The position numbers and the translations under genes were made by a program. This document shows positions 51,955 through 61,215 of a DNA stretch of 64,000 nt, piece after piece (position 1 is the first letter of the stretch; the number at the start of each line of letters is the position of its first letter). The notes under the pieces are model-generated. The model saw only the letters and a list, made by a program, of their open reading frames with translations. It was not told the DNA's origin and did no database searches. The DNA is from an uncultured Methylobacillus sp. (GTDB lineage Bacteria; Pseudomonadota; Gammaproteobacteria; Burkholderiales; Methylophilaceae): contig CAZGLD010000005.1 in the NCBI GenBank assembly GCA_964526705.1, forward strand, positions 21,852-85,851, written 5' to 3'.

Positions 51955-52455
51955 TTATCTTCCCTTTTGTGCCTTTAATAATTTAGTTTTTATTCTATTC
52001 CTTTTAAGTGGAGATAAGTAATCAACAAAAACTTTTCCATCTAAATGGTCTATTTCATGTTGGATGCACACTGACAATAATCCGTCAGCTACTAATTCAA
52101 AAGGATTTCCTTCTTGGTCCAAAGCTTTTACTTTTATTTTTTCATATCTTTCAACTTTTTCGAAAAATTTAGGTACAGATAGGCATCCTTCTTGCTGTTC
52201 CTGTCTCCCTTCACTTTCCATAATATTAGGGTTAATCAAAACAATAAGGTTGTTTTTTTCTTCTGAAATATCAATGAGGATAATTCTTTCATGAAAATTA
52301 ACTTGCGTTGCAGCTAAGCCTATTCCTGAAGATTCATACATTGTTTCAGCCATATTTTTAATTAATTCCCGATGTTTATTATTTATCAAATCAACTGCTT
52401 TAGCTATTTTGTATAGTCGAGCATCAGGGTAAGTAAGTATTTTTAAAATCGTCAT
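51955..52455 (-). CDS. def: Peptide deformylase
   Basis: [20 protein letters not shown]. Confidence 0.97.
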   Translation of the reverse strand: MTILKILTYPDARLYKIAKAVDLINNKHRELIKNMAETMYESSGIGLAATQVNFHERIILIDISEEKNNLIVLINPNIMESEGRQEQQEGCLSVPKFFEKVERYEKIKVKALDQEGNPFELVADGLLSVCIQHEIDHLDGKVFVDYLSPLKRNRIKTKLLKAQKGR

Positions 52456-52623
52456 TATTTAATGTTGATTAATTGTTATTAAGCTGATAAATTAATTACA
52501 AGTGATTACTAAAACCAATTCATCAAAAATATCTAATTATACTGCCTCGAATGGCTATTTCTTTTTTTTAATAGGCTAACTAATAGCTATATACTTTTTT
52601 TAACAATGTATGCGAGGAACTTT

Positions 52624-53085
52624 ATGTTTGAATTATTAATATATATGTTTGAGAACTATCTTAGTTCTAAGAATTATATCGACTACAATAACGTTTCTAT
52701 GGAGCTCGAAGCTGCAGGTTTCGACAATGAGGATATAGAGGATGCTTTTGACTGGTTTTCACAATTAAAAGTGATGTCAGACAAAACTCCTTTAGCAAAA
52801 GGAACATTTAATAATGAAAACCTTAGAATTTTTACTGAAAAAGAATATAAAAAAATATCGTCGGATGGGCTTGGTTTCATTCTTTTTTTAGAACAAGCAA
52901 AAATCTTAACTCCTGCTGAGAGAGAAATTATAGTAGATCGTGCTATGGCTTTGAATCAAAATATTATTACTATTGACGAAGTAAGATGGGTGGTAATGAT
53001 GGCGTTATGGAACAACGGAAAAGAAAATGATTATCTTTTTGTTGAAGATGCATTATATGCTAAAGATAGCATGGTGATTCATTAA
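52624..53085 (+). CDS. smg: Smg/DUF494 protein
   Basis: MFELLIYMFENY, AGF...AFDWF; GAGG SD before ATG 52624. Confidence 0.9.
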   Translation: MFELLIYMFENYLSSKNYIDYNNVSMELEAAGFDNEDIEDAFDWFSQLKVMSDKTPLAKGTFNNENLRIFTEKEYKKISSDGLGFILFLEQAKILTPAEREIIVDRAMALNQNIITIDEVRWVVMMALWNNGKENDYLFVEDALYAKDSMVIH

Positions 53086-53915
53086 GATTGAAGGTTATCA
53101 ATTATTCTTGTAATTATTTTTGATTTATTTAAAGTATAAAAATGAATACCTGGTACTCCATATTGAACAAGGGTCTCGCATAATTCAGAAATTACATCAA
53201 CACCAAAACTTCTTAGTGAATCTAAATCGTCATCATAATCTTCTAATCTCATTCTAAGCCACCTAGGAATCTCTGATCCACAATTATTAGCAAATCTTGA
53301 TAGCTGTTTAATATTATATATAGGCATAATTCCCGGAACTATTGGTACATTAATAGATTTCTTTTGGCAGTCTTCAATAAATTTAAAGTAGGCATCCACA
53401 TTAAAAAAGAATTGGGTGATTGCTCCATTAGCGCCTGCATCAACTTTTTTTTGAAAGCTCTCTATATCGTTTGTTGCAGATATTGATTCTGGATGAAATT
53501 CCGGATATGCCCCAACTTCAATTTGAAAAAAGTCACCTGTTTCTTGTCTGATAAATTTGACTAAATCATTAGCGTACTGAAAATCACCATAGCTAGCAAC
53601 TCCAGAAGGATTATCACCTCTAAGAGCCACTATCCTTTTGATATCATATTTTTGATACTCATCCAGTAAACCTTTTATATCCTCTTTGGAAGCAGAAATA
53701 CAAGAAATGTGAGGAACAGCTACTGCTCCTGTTTTTCTAATATCCATAACTGTTTCAAGAGTTTTTTCTTTGGTTGACCCACCAGCTCCAAATGTCACAG
53801 AAAAAAATTCTGGATCAAACTTATTGAGTTTTTTAATAGTTTGCAAAAGATTTTGAGAACCTTCCTCCGTTCTGGGAGGAAAGAACTCAAAACTGAATAA
53901 AGGTAATTGACCCAT
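53082..53915 (-). CDS. metF: 5,10-methylenetetrahydrofolate reductase
   Basis: SFEFFPP, ALRGD, AYPEFH, ITQFF, HFYTLN. Confidence 0.96.
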   Translation of the reverse strand: MGQLPLFSFEFFPPRTEEGSQNLLQTIKKLNKFDPEFFSVTFGAGGSTKEKTLETVMDIRKTGAVAVPHISCISASKEDIKGLLDEYQKYDIKRIVALRGDNPSGVASYGDFQYANDLVKFIRQETGDFFQIEVGAYPEFHPESISATNDIESFQKKVDAGANGAITQFFFNVDAYFKFIEDCQKKSINVPIVPGIMPIYNIKQLSRFANNCGSEIPRWLRMRLEDYDDDLDSLRSFGVDVISELCETLVQYGVPGIHFYTLNKSKIITRIIDNLQS

Positions 53916-53920
53916 TTTAA

Positions 53921-55342
53921 TTAATACCTATATTCCTCAGGCTTAAAGGGTCCAGAAACTTCAACACCTATGTAATCTGCTTGCTCTTTGGTGAGATGTG
54001 ACAATTGAGCATTCAGGGTCTTTAATTGCAAACGTGCTACTTTTTCATCTAAGTGTTTAGGAAGGGTATAAACTCCTAGAGGATAAGCATCAGTATTTTT
54101 AAATAACTCAATTTGAGCAATTACTTGGTTAGCAAAAGACGAACTCATTACATAGCTAGGGTGACCAGTTGCGCATCCTAGGTTTACTAGCCGACCTTTT
54201 GCTAGCAGTATAATTTTCTTTCCATCAGGAAACGTTACATGGTCAACTTGAGGTTTAATCTCGTCCCATATACAGTCGTCTAAAGAAACAACATCAATCT
54301 CATTATCAAAATGACCAATATTGCAAACTATTGCCTCATTCTTCATTTTGTTCATGTGATTGTAATTAATTACATTTAGATTACCAGTTGCAGTAACAAA
54401 TATATCGCCATGTTCACATGCATAATCCATTGTCACGACTCTGAATCCTTCCATGGCTGCTTGAAGTGCGCAAATGGGATCAACTTCAGTCACCCATACT
54501 TGAGCTGATAAAGCTCTTAACGCCTGTGCAGAACCTTTACCAACATCTCCGTAACCTGCAACAATTGCTACTTTTCCTGCAATCATGACATCTGTTGCAC
54601 GCTTTATAGCATCAACAAGCGATTCTCTGCATCCATATAAATTATCAAATTTCGATTTAGTTACAGAATCATTAACGTTAATAGCAGGAAAAACTAATTC
54701 TCCATCACGATGCATCTGATACAAACGATGCACGCCTGTAGTAGTTTCCTCAGTCACACCTTTAATATGCTTTATACGATCAGAATACCAATGACTATCT
54801 TCTTTTAATTTTGTCTTAATGGCATTAAATAAACACACCTCTTCTTCTGTTCCAGGATTACTTAAAACATTAATATCCTTTTCTGCTTTAACACCAATAT
54901 GCAGTAATAGTGTTGCATCACCACCATCATCAAGGATCATATTTGAAAATTTACCATCTTCCCACTCAAAAATACGATGCGTAAATTCCCAATATTCATC
55001 CAGTGATTCTCCTTTAAATGCAAATACTGGTGTTCCACCTTTGGCAATTGCTGCTGCTGCATGATCTTGCGTTGAATAAATATTACATGAAGCCCATCTT
55101 ACTTCCGCACCAAGCTCAATAAGAGTTTCAATCAATACAGCTGTTTGGATAGTCATATGGAGTGAGCCTGTAATTAAAGCTCCTTTAAGAGGTTTGCTTT
55201 GAGCATATTCATCACGTATAGCAATTAATCCAGGCATTTCAATTTCGGCAATAGAAATTTCTTTTCGCCCATAGTCTGCAAGGCTTAGGTCTGCAACTAC
55301 ATAATCTTGTTTTGTTAAATTTGATTCAGTCACGGTATTCAT
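53921..55342 (-). CDS. ahcY: Adenosylhomocysteinase
   Basis: [37 protein letters not shown]. Confidence 0.97.
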   Translation of the reverse strand: MNTVTESNLTKQDYVVADLSLADYGRKEISIAEIEMPGLIAIRDEYAQSKPLKGALITGSLHMTIQTAVLIETLIELGAEVRWASCNIYSTQDHAAAAIAKGGTPVFAFKGESLDEYWEFTHRIFEWEDGKFSNMILDDGGDATLLLHIGVKAEKDINVLSNPGTEEEVCLFNAIKTKLKEDSHWYSDRIKHIKGVTEETTTGVHRLYQMHRDGELVFPAINVNDSVTKSKFDNLYGCRESLVDAIKRATDVMIAGKVAIVAGYGDVGKGSAQALRALSAQVWVTEVDPICALQAAMEGFRVVTMDYACEHGDIFVTATGNLNVINYNHMNKMKNEAIVCNIGHFDNEIDVVSLDDCIWDEIKPQVDHVTFPDGKKIILLAKGRLVNLGCATGHPSYVMSSSFANQVIAQIELFKNTDAYPLGVYTLPKHLDEKVARLQLKTLNAQLSHLTKEQADYIGVEVSGPFKPEEYRY

Positions 55343-55418
55343 TTTGTTATCCTCAAAATAATGTGACAGTGGTGGGTAAATGATTGTTCACTTTATCCAA
55401 CAACTGACACAGATGTTA

Positions 55419-55476
55419 AGTGAACGCGGTTTGAAATTTGGCCGAGCCTGGGATAAACCTGCAGCGCTCCTCGGAC
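55419..55476 (-). ncRNA. SAH riboswitch aptamer (compact)
   Basis: CCGAG-GAGCGCUGC...CCAGG-CUCGG P1 core and 3' CGCGUUCA pseudoknot partner, upstream of ahcY-metF. Confidence 0.92.
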
Positions 55477-55523
55477 AAAAAGCATTTTACTTGCTCTTTT
55501 AGGACAAATCAAGCATCTAGCAG

Positions 55524-56672
55524 TTATCGTAGTTGATTTTTTTTATTGAGACTTTCCCAAGTAAAATCTGGCTCATCTCGCCCAAAATGTCCATAAGCAG
55601 CCGTTTTTTTATAAATTGGTCTTAAAAGATCGAGCATCCCTACAATACCTCTTGGTCTTAGATCAAATTCTCTTGATATTAATTTTGCTATTTCTTCATC
55701 AGGTAATTTACCAGTCCCCATAGTATCCACCATAATAGATGTTGGTTCAGCAACACCGATTGCATAAGATAATTGCACTAAACACTTATCAGCTAATTCT
55801 GCAGCCACAATATTTTTTGCAACATACCTACCAGCATAAGCAGCAGAACGATCTACTTTGCTTGGATCTTTTCCTGAAAAAGCACCGCCGCCATGCGGTG
55901 CTGCACCTCCATAAGTATCTACTATAATTTTTCTTCCCGTTAGGCCACAATCTCCTTCTGGGCCTCCAACTACAAATCTGCCAGTTGGATTTATTAAAAA
56001 CTTAATATTATCGTGCGATATATTGCTAGGAATAACAGGCTTAATAATCTCTTCGATCACTGCTTCTTTCAAAATTTTCATTTCAATTTCAGGAGCATGT
56101 TGAGTAGACAAAACAATTGTATCGATAGCTTGTGGCACGTTGTTTTGGTATTTAATTGTTACTTGAGATTTAGCATCAGGCCGTAACCAAGGAATCCTGC
56201 CGTCTTTTCTAAGCATTGCTTGTCGCTCAACTAATCTATGAGAAAGCCATATTGGGAGTGGCATTAATTCAGGAGTTTCATTACACGCGTAACCAAACAT
56301 AATTCCTTGGTCACCTGCTCCCTGATCTTTTGGATCATCCATTGCACCATCAACACCCTGACCAATATCCCTCGACTGTTCGCCATACTTAATAAGTACA
56401 TCACAGGTTTGATAATCAATACCATAATCAGCATTATCGTAACCAATACTTTTTAAAGTATCACGGGCAATCTTTTCATAATCAACCTTGCTGTTACTTG
56501 TTATTTCACCAGCAAGCACAATTAAATTAGTAGCTGCCATTGTCTCTGCTGCTACTCTAGCACTTGGGTCTTGTTCAAGAATTGCATCTAATATCGCATC
56601 TGATATTTGATCAGCAACTTTATCTGGGTGTCCTTCGGAAACTGATTCCGAGGTAAATAAAAAATCTTTCAT
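55524..56672 (-). CDS. metK: S-adenosylmethionine synthetase
   Basis: [26 protein letters not shown]. Confidence 0.97.
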   Translation of the reverse strand: MKDFLFTSESVSEGHPDKVADQISDAILDAILEQDPSARVAAETMAATNLIVLAGEITSNSKVDYEKIARDTLKSIGYDNADYGIDYQTCDVLIKYGEQSRDIGQGVDGAMDDPKDQGAGDQGIMFGYACNETPELMPLPIWLSHRLVERQAMLRKDGRIPWLRPDAKSQVTIKYQNNVPQAIDTIVLSTQHAPEIEMKILKEAVIEEIIKPVIPSNISHDNIKFLINPTGRFVVGGPEGDCGLTGRKIIVDTYGGAAPHGGGAFSGKDPSKVDRSAAYAGRYVAKNIVAAELADKCLVQLSYAIGVAEPTSIMVDTMGTGKLPDEEIAKLISREFDLRPRGIVGMLDLLRPIYKKTAAYGHFGRDEPDFTWESLNKKNQLR

Positions 56673-56728
56673 GGAAGTAAGTATAATGAGTAAAAACGCT
56701 ACAATAGCAAAAAAAGAGTTTATTTAAT

Positions 56729-57586
56729 ATGATTAATGAACATAAAATACCTTTTAGTAAAATGCATGGAGCTGGAAATGATTTCATTATTATCAACCAG
56801 ACTGATCATGAATATGCTTTAAGTGCAAAAGATATTAGAAAACTTTCTGACCGAAATTTTGGTATTGGCTTTGATCAACTTCTGATTATTGAAAAACCTG
56901 AAAATCAGACTGCCGAATTTAAATATAGAATTTTTAATGCCGATGGCGCTGAAGTGAGTCAATGCGGAAATGGTGCTAGGTGTTTTTTTCATTTTATAAA
57001 ATTAAAAAAACTTTCCAAGAATGATAATATCATTGTAGAAACCAGCTCTGGATTGATTCAACTTTCCTACAAAGACAATGGTTTAGTTGCAGTTGATATG
57101 GGAAAACCTATTTTTCAAGAAAGTAAGATTCCCTTTATTCCAAATAAAAAGAATGAAAATATAATACAAAGTAATAATTTCAAATATAATTTTTCTCCAA
57201 TATCTATGGGAAATCCTCATGCTGTAATAAAGCTTGATACACTTTTAAATGATGACTTAGAAAATATTGGTTTGTTATTACAAGAATCCCCAATGTTTCC
57301 CGAAAGTGTAAATGTTAACTTCTTACAAGTATTAGACTCCCACAATATAGCTTTAAAAGTTTATGAGAGAGGCAGTGGCATGACTTTGGCCTGTGGCTCT
57401 GGAGCTTGCGCTAGTGCAGTAATAGCTATTAAGAATAAATGGGCTGAGGCGCCATTAGCTATCTCTATGGATGGGGGCATGCTTAAAATTAACATTAAAC
57501 CCAATGGCAATGTCGAACTTTTAGGACCAGCAGAATTAGTATTTGATGGTGAAATTATCCTCGATACTCTGATGTCACATGGATAA
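56729..57586 (+). CDS. dapF: Diaminopimelate epimerase
   Basis: KMHGAGNDF, QCGNGARC, GNPH, ERGSG.TLACGSG. Confidence 0.96.
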   Translation: MINEHKIPFSKMHGAGNDFIIINQTDHEYALSAKDIRKLSDRNFGIGFDQLLIIEKPENQTAEFKYRIFNADGAEVSQCGNGARCFFHFIKLKKLSKNDNIIVETSSGLIQLSYKDNGLVAVDMGKPIFQESKIPFIPNKKNENIIQSNNFKYNFSPISMGNPHAVIKLDTLLNDDLENIGLLLQESPMFPESVNVNFLQVLDSHNIALKVYERGSGMTLACGSGACASAVIAIKNKWAEAPLAISMDGGMLKINIKPNGNVELLGPAELVFDGEIILDTLMSHG

Positions 57587-58481
57587 TAATTCATATATTG
57601 ACAATTATGTTGAGTTTATTAAATTTGAAAAAAGATTAAGTGTACTTACTATTAAAAATTACTTCCGCGATATAACATTATTAAATAAACAGTGGCCTGA
57701 AAAAGAGTTCAAATCATATACAGTAGAGGATATTCGACGAAGCGTTTCAAAGCTTCATCAACAGGGTATAAATGGTAAATCTTTATCTAGAATGCTTTCT
57801 TCATGGCGAGGTTTTTTTGATTTTTTAAATCACCGCTATAAATTTGACCTAAATCCAGTAATAGGGATTAAAGCTCCTAAAAGTAAAAAATCACTACCGC
57901 AAACTCTGTCTATTGACCAGGTTATTAAGTTAATAAATGTTACAGATAATAGTTTTTTAGGTATTAGAGATCGTGCTGTTTTGGAGCTTTTTTACTCTTC
58001 AGGGTTAAGGCTCTCTGAATTAGTTAATATTAAAATACAAGATGTAAACATTAATGATAGTACTGCAACCATTTTTGGAAAAGGAAATAAATCAAGAATT
58101 GTTCCAATTGGTGAGTATGCAATAAAAGCGCTTAAAAATTGGTTAGCTATACGAAATAACATGGAAGGCCTTACCATTGAAAATAACTTTATATTCTTAT
58201 CAGAAAAAGCAAAGCCTTTAGGAGCAAGATCAATTCAGTACCGATTGAAATATTGGGCAATTAAACAAGGTATTCCTGAAAATATTCATCCACATTTATT
58301 ACGCCACAGCTTTGCAAGTCATATTTTACAATCGAGCCAAGACCTTAGGGCAGTTCAAGAATTGCTGGGACATGCCAATATTAGTACTACTCAGATATAC
58401 ACTCATTTAGATTATCAACATTTGTCAAAAATATATGATGGGGCCCATCCAAGAGCAAAAAAAAATAATAGCAAGGATTAG
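57579..58481 (+). CDS. xerC: Tyrosine recombinase XerC
   Basis: GLRLSE, HPHLLRHSFA, LGH...TTQIYTH; follows dapF. Confidence 0.93.
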   Translation: MDNNSYIDNYVEFIKFEKRLSVLTIKNYFRDITLLNKQWPEKEFKSYTVEDIRRSVSKLHQQGINGKSLSRMLSSWRGFFDFLNHRYKFDLNPVIGIKAPKSKKSLPQTLSIDQVIKLINVTDNSFLGIRDRAVLELFYSSGLRLSELVNIKIQDVNINDSTATIFGKGNKSRIVPIGEYAIKALKNWLAIRNNMEGLTIENNFIFLSEKAKPLGARSIQYRLKYWAIKQGIPENIHPHLLRHSFASHILQSSQDLRAVQELLGHANISTTQIYTHLDYQHLSKIYDGAHPRAKKNNSKD

Positions 58482-58488
58482 TAATCTA

Positions 58489-58517
58489 TTGATGGTAAAC
58501 AAAATTTACACTATAGT
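58489..58517 (+). promoter_or_regulatory. Putative sigma70 promoter of the zapB-like/zapA/6S unit
   Basis: TTGATG-17 bp-TATAGT ending 6 nt before ATG 58524. Confidence 0.55.
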
Positions 58518-58523
58518 GAAAGC

Positions 58524-58712
58524 ATGCAAGAAGAAATTAATTTATTAGAAGAAAAGCTTAATTTACTAGTCAATAGAATTAATGCTTTGAAACTAGAAAA
58601 TGATTCGGTGAAGCCTCAGCTTTATGATGCAAAAGAAGAGATTAGAACCCTTAAGGCAAACATTGCAGAGGCAACAGTAAAGATTGAAAATTTATTAGCG
58701 CAAATCCCTTAA
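58524..58712 (+). CDS. ZapB-like coiled-coil cell division protein
   Basis: 62-aa all-heptad protein directly upstream of zapA. Confidence 0.8.
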   Translation: MQEEINLLEEKLNLLVNRINALKLENDSVKPQLYDAKEEIRTLKANIAEATVKIENLLAQIP

Positions 58713-58715
58713 ATT

Positions 58716-59000
58716 ATGGCAAATCATATTGAAGTAAAAATTCTTGGTCGTGACTTTTCTATTGCATGCCCAGAAAATGAGGAAGAAAATCTTACTAAAT
58801 CAATAAATTATTTAAACCATAAAATCGAAGAAATTCAAAAATCAGGTGCTGTTATTGGTGTTGATAAAACCATAATTATGGCAGCACTCAATATCACGCA
58901 TGAATACCTCAACCGCAATAGTAATGCAGACGTGCACACCCTGAGCTATAAAAGCAAAATAAATGATTTTAATAAACTACTTGATAGTATTCTAGATTAA
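58716..59000 (+). CDS. zapA: Cell division protein ZapA
   Basis: VKILGRDFSIACP, IMAALNITHE. Confidence 0.92.
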   Translation: MANHIEVKILGRDFSIACPENEEENLTKSINYLNHKIEEIQKSGAVIGVDKTIIMAALNITHEYLNRNSNADVHTLSYKSKINDFNKLLDSILD

Positions 59001-59019
59001 AATAATAATTGATGGTCGA

Positions 59020-59207
59020 TTTTGGTGTTGCTTAGACTAATTATTCCTTGAACTAGTCTATAGCATCGGTTTTAGTCAATCAGAATGTGGTGCGATCGCT
59101 CACGATTGGGTAACCTTTTAAGGGCTCTTGGCGAGCGAACCTAAAACTTCTTAGTCTATTACCACTTGAACCTTTGGTTCTGGATGCTGGTCTAGGCAAC
59201 ACCAAAA
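59020..59207 (+). ncRNA. ssrS: 6S RNA
   Basis: About 188 nt closed by TTTTGGTGTTGCTTAGACTA/TGGTCTAGGCAACACCAAAA stem, two CTTGAAC motifs, canonical position after zapA. Confidence 0.88.
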
Positions 59208-59212
59208 ACATC

Positions 59213-59581
59213 CTACTTATTTAGCTTGTGATATTCCAAGTCACCTATTGCAATAACATCCAAAGCTCCTTGATGTGTAGCCTCTAAAATCACAGGAGGT
59301 GCGCACCCTGCTTCAGCAGCTTCCAACCATCTACTAGCACATAAACACCATTTATCTCCTGCTACTAATCCAGGGAAATTAAATTCTGGACGTGGAGTGG
59401 ACAAATCATTTCCTTTCTCTTTTGAATAAGCTAAGAATTCATTATTAACCTCTGCGCACACCGTATGCTGGCCACTATCTGATGAACATTGATCACATTC
59501 ACCATTCCTGAAATAACCAGTTATAGGATCAAGGCTGCACACTGCTAAATTTCCACCTAAGACATTTTTTTTCTTTTCCAT
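59213..59581 (-). CDS. DUF2237 family protein
   Basis: NVLG..L..CS.DP.TGYFRNG, GNDLSTPRPEF.FPGL, WCLCA.RW. Confidence 0.9.
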   Translation of the reverse strand: MEKKKNVLGGNLAVCSLDPITGYFRNGECDQCSSDSGQHTVCAEVNNEFLAYSKEKGNDLSTPRPEFNFPGLVAGDKWCLCASRWLEAAEAGCAPPVILEATHQGALDVIAIGDLEYHKLNK

Positions 59582-59645
59582 ATTTTTCTCTTGTATTAAA
59601 CTTCTAATAAGATAACAATAATTTATTCTTTAAGGGATATTAAAT

Positions 59646-60110
59646 ATGAAATATTGGCTAATGAAATCTGAGCCATCTGTTTTTACAATAGAAGATTTGG
59701 AGAAGGCTCCAAACCAAACAGTTGATTGGATACCAACAAAAGGTATAAGAAATTATCAAGCACGAAATTTTATGCGTGATGATATGTCACTGGGTGATCT
59801 TGCTTTTTTCTACCAATCAAATTGTGATACTCCTGGAATTGTGGGCATTATGGAAGTTACGAAACTTGCCTATCCTGATCCATTGCAATTTATACAGGGT
59901 CACAAATATTTTGATGCTAAATCATCACCAGCAAATCCAAGATGGTTAAATGTGGATGTTACCTTAGTGAAAAAAGTCCCGCTTATTGGACTGAAAAAAT
60001 TAAGAACGTACACAGAGCTTGAGGAAATGATGATATTAAGAAAGGGTAATCGATTGTCAATTACCCCTCTTACTAAAAAAGAATGGTTATTTATTAATAA
60101 TATAAATTAA
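59646..60110 (+). CDS. EVE domain protein
   Basis: YWLMKSEP, GIRNYQARN, RLSITP. Confidence 0.93.
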   Translation: MKYWLMKSEPSVFTIEDLEKAPNQTVDWIPTKGIRNYQARNFMRDDMSLGDLAFFYQSNCDTPGIVGIMEVTKLAYPDPLQFIQGHKYFDAKSSPANPRWLNVDVTLVKKVPLIGLKKLRTYTELEEMMILRKGNRLSITPLTKKEWLFINNIN

Positions 60111-61199
60111 CTAATTTGCCTGATCCAAACTTCCCAAAGCTTTAGGGTAAGTTATTATTCCCCAAGGAATACCACCCACTGGAATTCTTTTTTTAATATT
60201 TAATTCTTTGGCATCAATTACTAAAACCTCATCTGATCTGCCACATGCTAAAAGAATATCTTTATTATCAGGAGTGAATGTAAAGTGCCAACATCTCCTG
60301 CCATCGGTTTCCACTCTATTTATTTTTTCATAGGTTTTTCCATCATAAACTTCTAAGGAGCTTCTTTTCTTAAAGCCACCACTTGCAGCAACAAACAGTC
60401 TATCCCCTGATGGGCTAAAACTAACGCCATAAGGAGACTTTCCTTTATGCAGATTGTCTTCCGAAACATCATGTTGGGTTTTAACAGTTTTAATATGGTT
60501 AAACTCTTTATCAAGAACAATGAAATTATCACTATGTTCAAGTGTTGCAATATAAAAATTTCCATCCGGAGAAACTTTTATGCCCCTGGGTCTTAAGCCA
60601 TAAGCTTCTGCTTGAAAAGTTTTAAGTAAATCTCCAGAGGCAAAATCGTGCACAGTCACTGTATTGTCAGCTTCGTTGGTAACAATAATTTGTGTGCCAT
60701 CTTTACTGAATTCTATGCCTTCAGTTTCTGGACCAGCAGTGATTTCTCTTATTTTTTTACCTTCCACAATATCAACCACAGCAATTTTTGCTGGTGTTCT
60801 ATCATCATCGTCGTCCTCTTCTTCCTTTTTCATTTCACCTTTAGCAGGTGGTTTACCTTTTGAGGAGGGTTCGGTTGAGACAAAAACTTGATCATTGAAT
60901 ACTCTTACAAATTCAGGATTAATACCTACTTCTATAACCTTTTCAATTTCATTGGTTTCTTTATTGGTTATACTTATGGACGCTTCTGCTTTGTTGGCAG
61001 TAATTATTCGAGTGCCATCATTAGTTATGCCAATACCTCTTGGATAACCTCCAGCTTTTAATTGGCCGACTACCTCCATAGTATTTAAATCAATAACTGA
61101 AATGCCTCCCTCTTGGGAGGTAATGTAAGCCTTTCCTCTGTCTCCTTGGCTACAACCCACTAAAAAGAAAGTTAATGCTGCTATTTTTAACCAGTTCAT
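60111..61199 (-). CDS. YVTN-type beta-propeller lipoprotein (PQQ-catabolism-associated type)
   Basis: LVGC lipobox; repeated G..PRGI / PETEGIEF / IVTNE blades. Confidence 0.8.
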   Translation of the reverse strand: MNWLKIAALTFFLVGCSQGDRGKAYITSQEGGISVIDLNTMEVVGQLKAGGYPRGIGITNDGTRIITANKAEASISITNKETNEIEKVIEVGINPEFVRVFNDQVFVSTEPSSKGKPPAKGEMKKEEEDDDDDRTPAKIAVVDIVEGKKIREITAGPETEGIEFSKDGTQIIVTNEADNTVTVHDFASGDLLKTFQAEAYGLRPRGIKVSPDGNFYIATLEHSDNFIVLDKEFNHIKTVKTQHDVSEDNLHKGKSPYGVSFSPSGDRLFVAASGGFKKRSSLEVYDGKTYEKINRVETDGRRCWHFTFTPDNKDILLACGRSDEVLVIDAKELNIKKRIPVGGIPWGIITYPKALGSLDQAN

Positions 61200-61215
61200 C
61201 TTATCTCCTAAAAAT

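Noticed and set aside
57579-58481. Tyrosine recombinase as possible prophage or island integrase
   Set aside because: Canonical dapF-linked xerC; no att sites, tRNA or cargo genes
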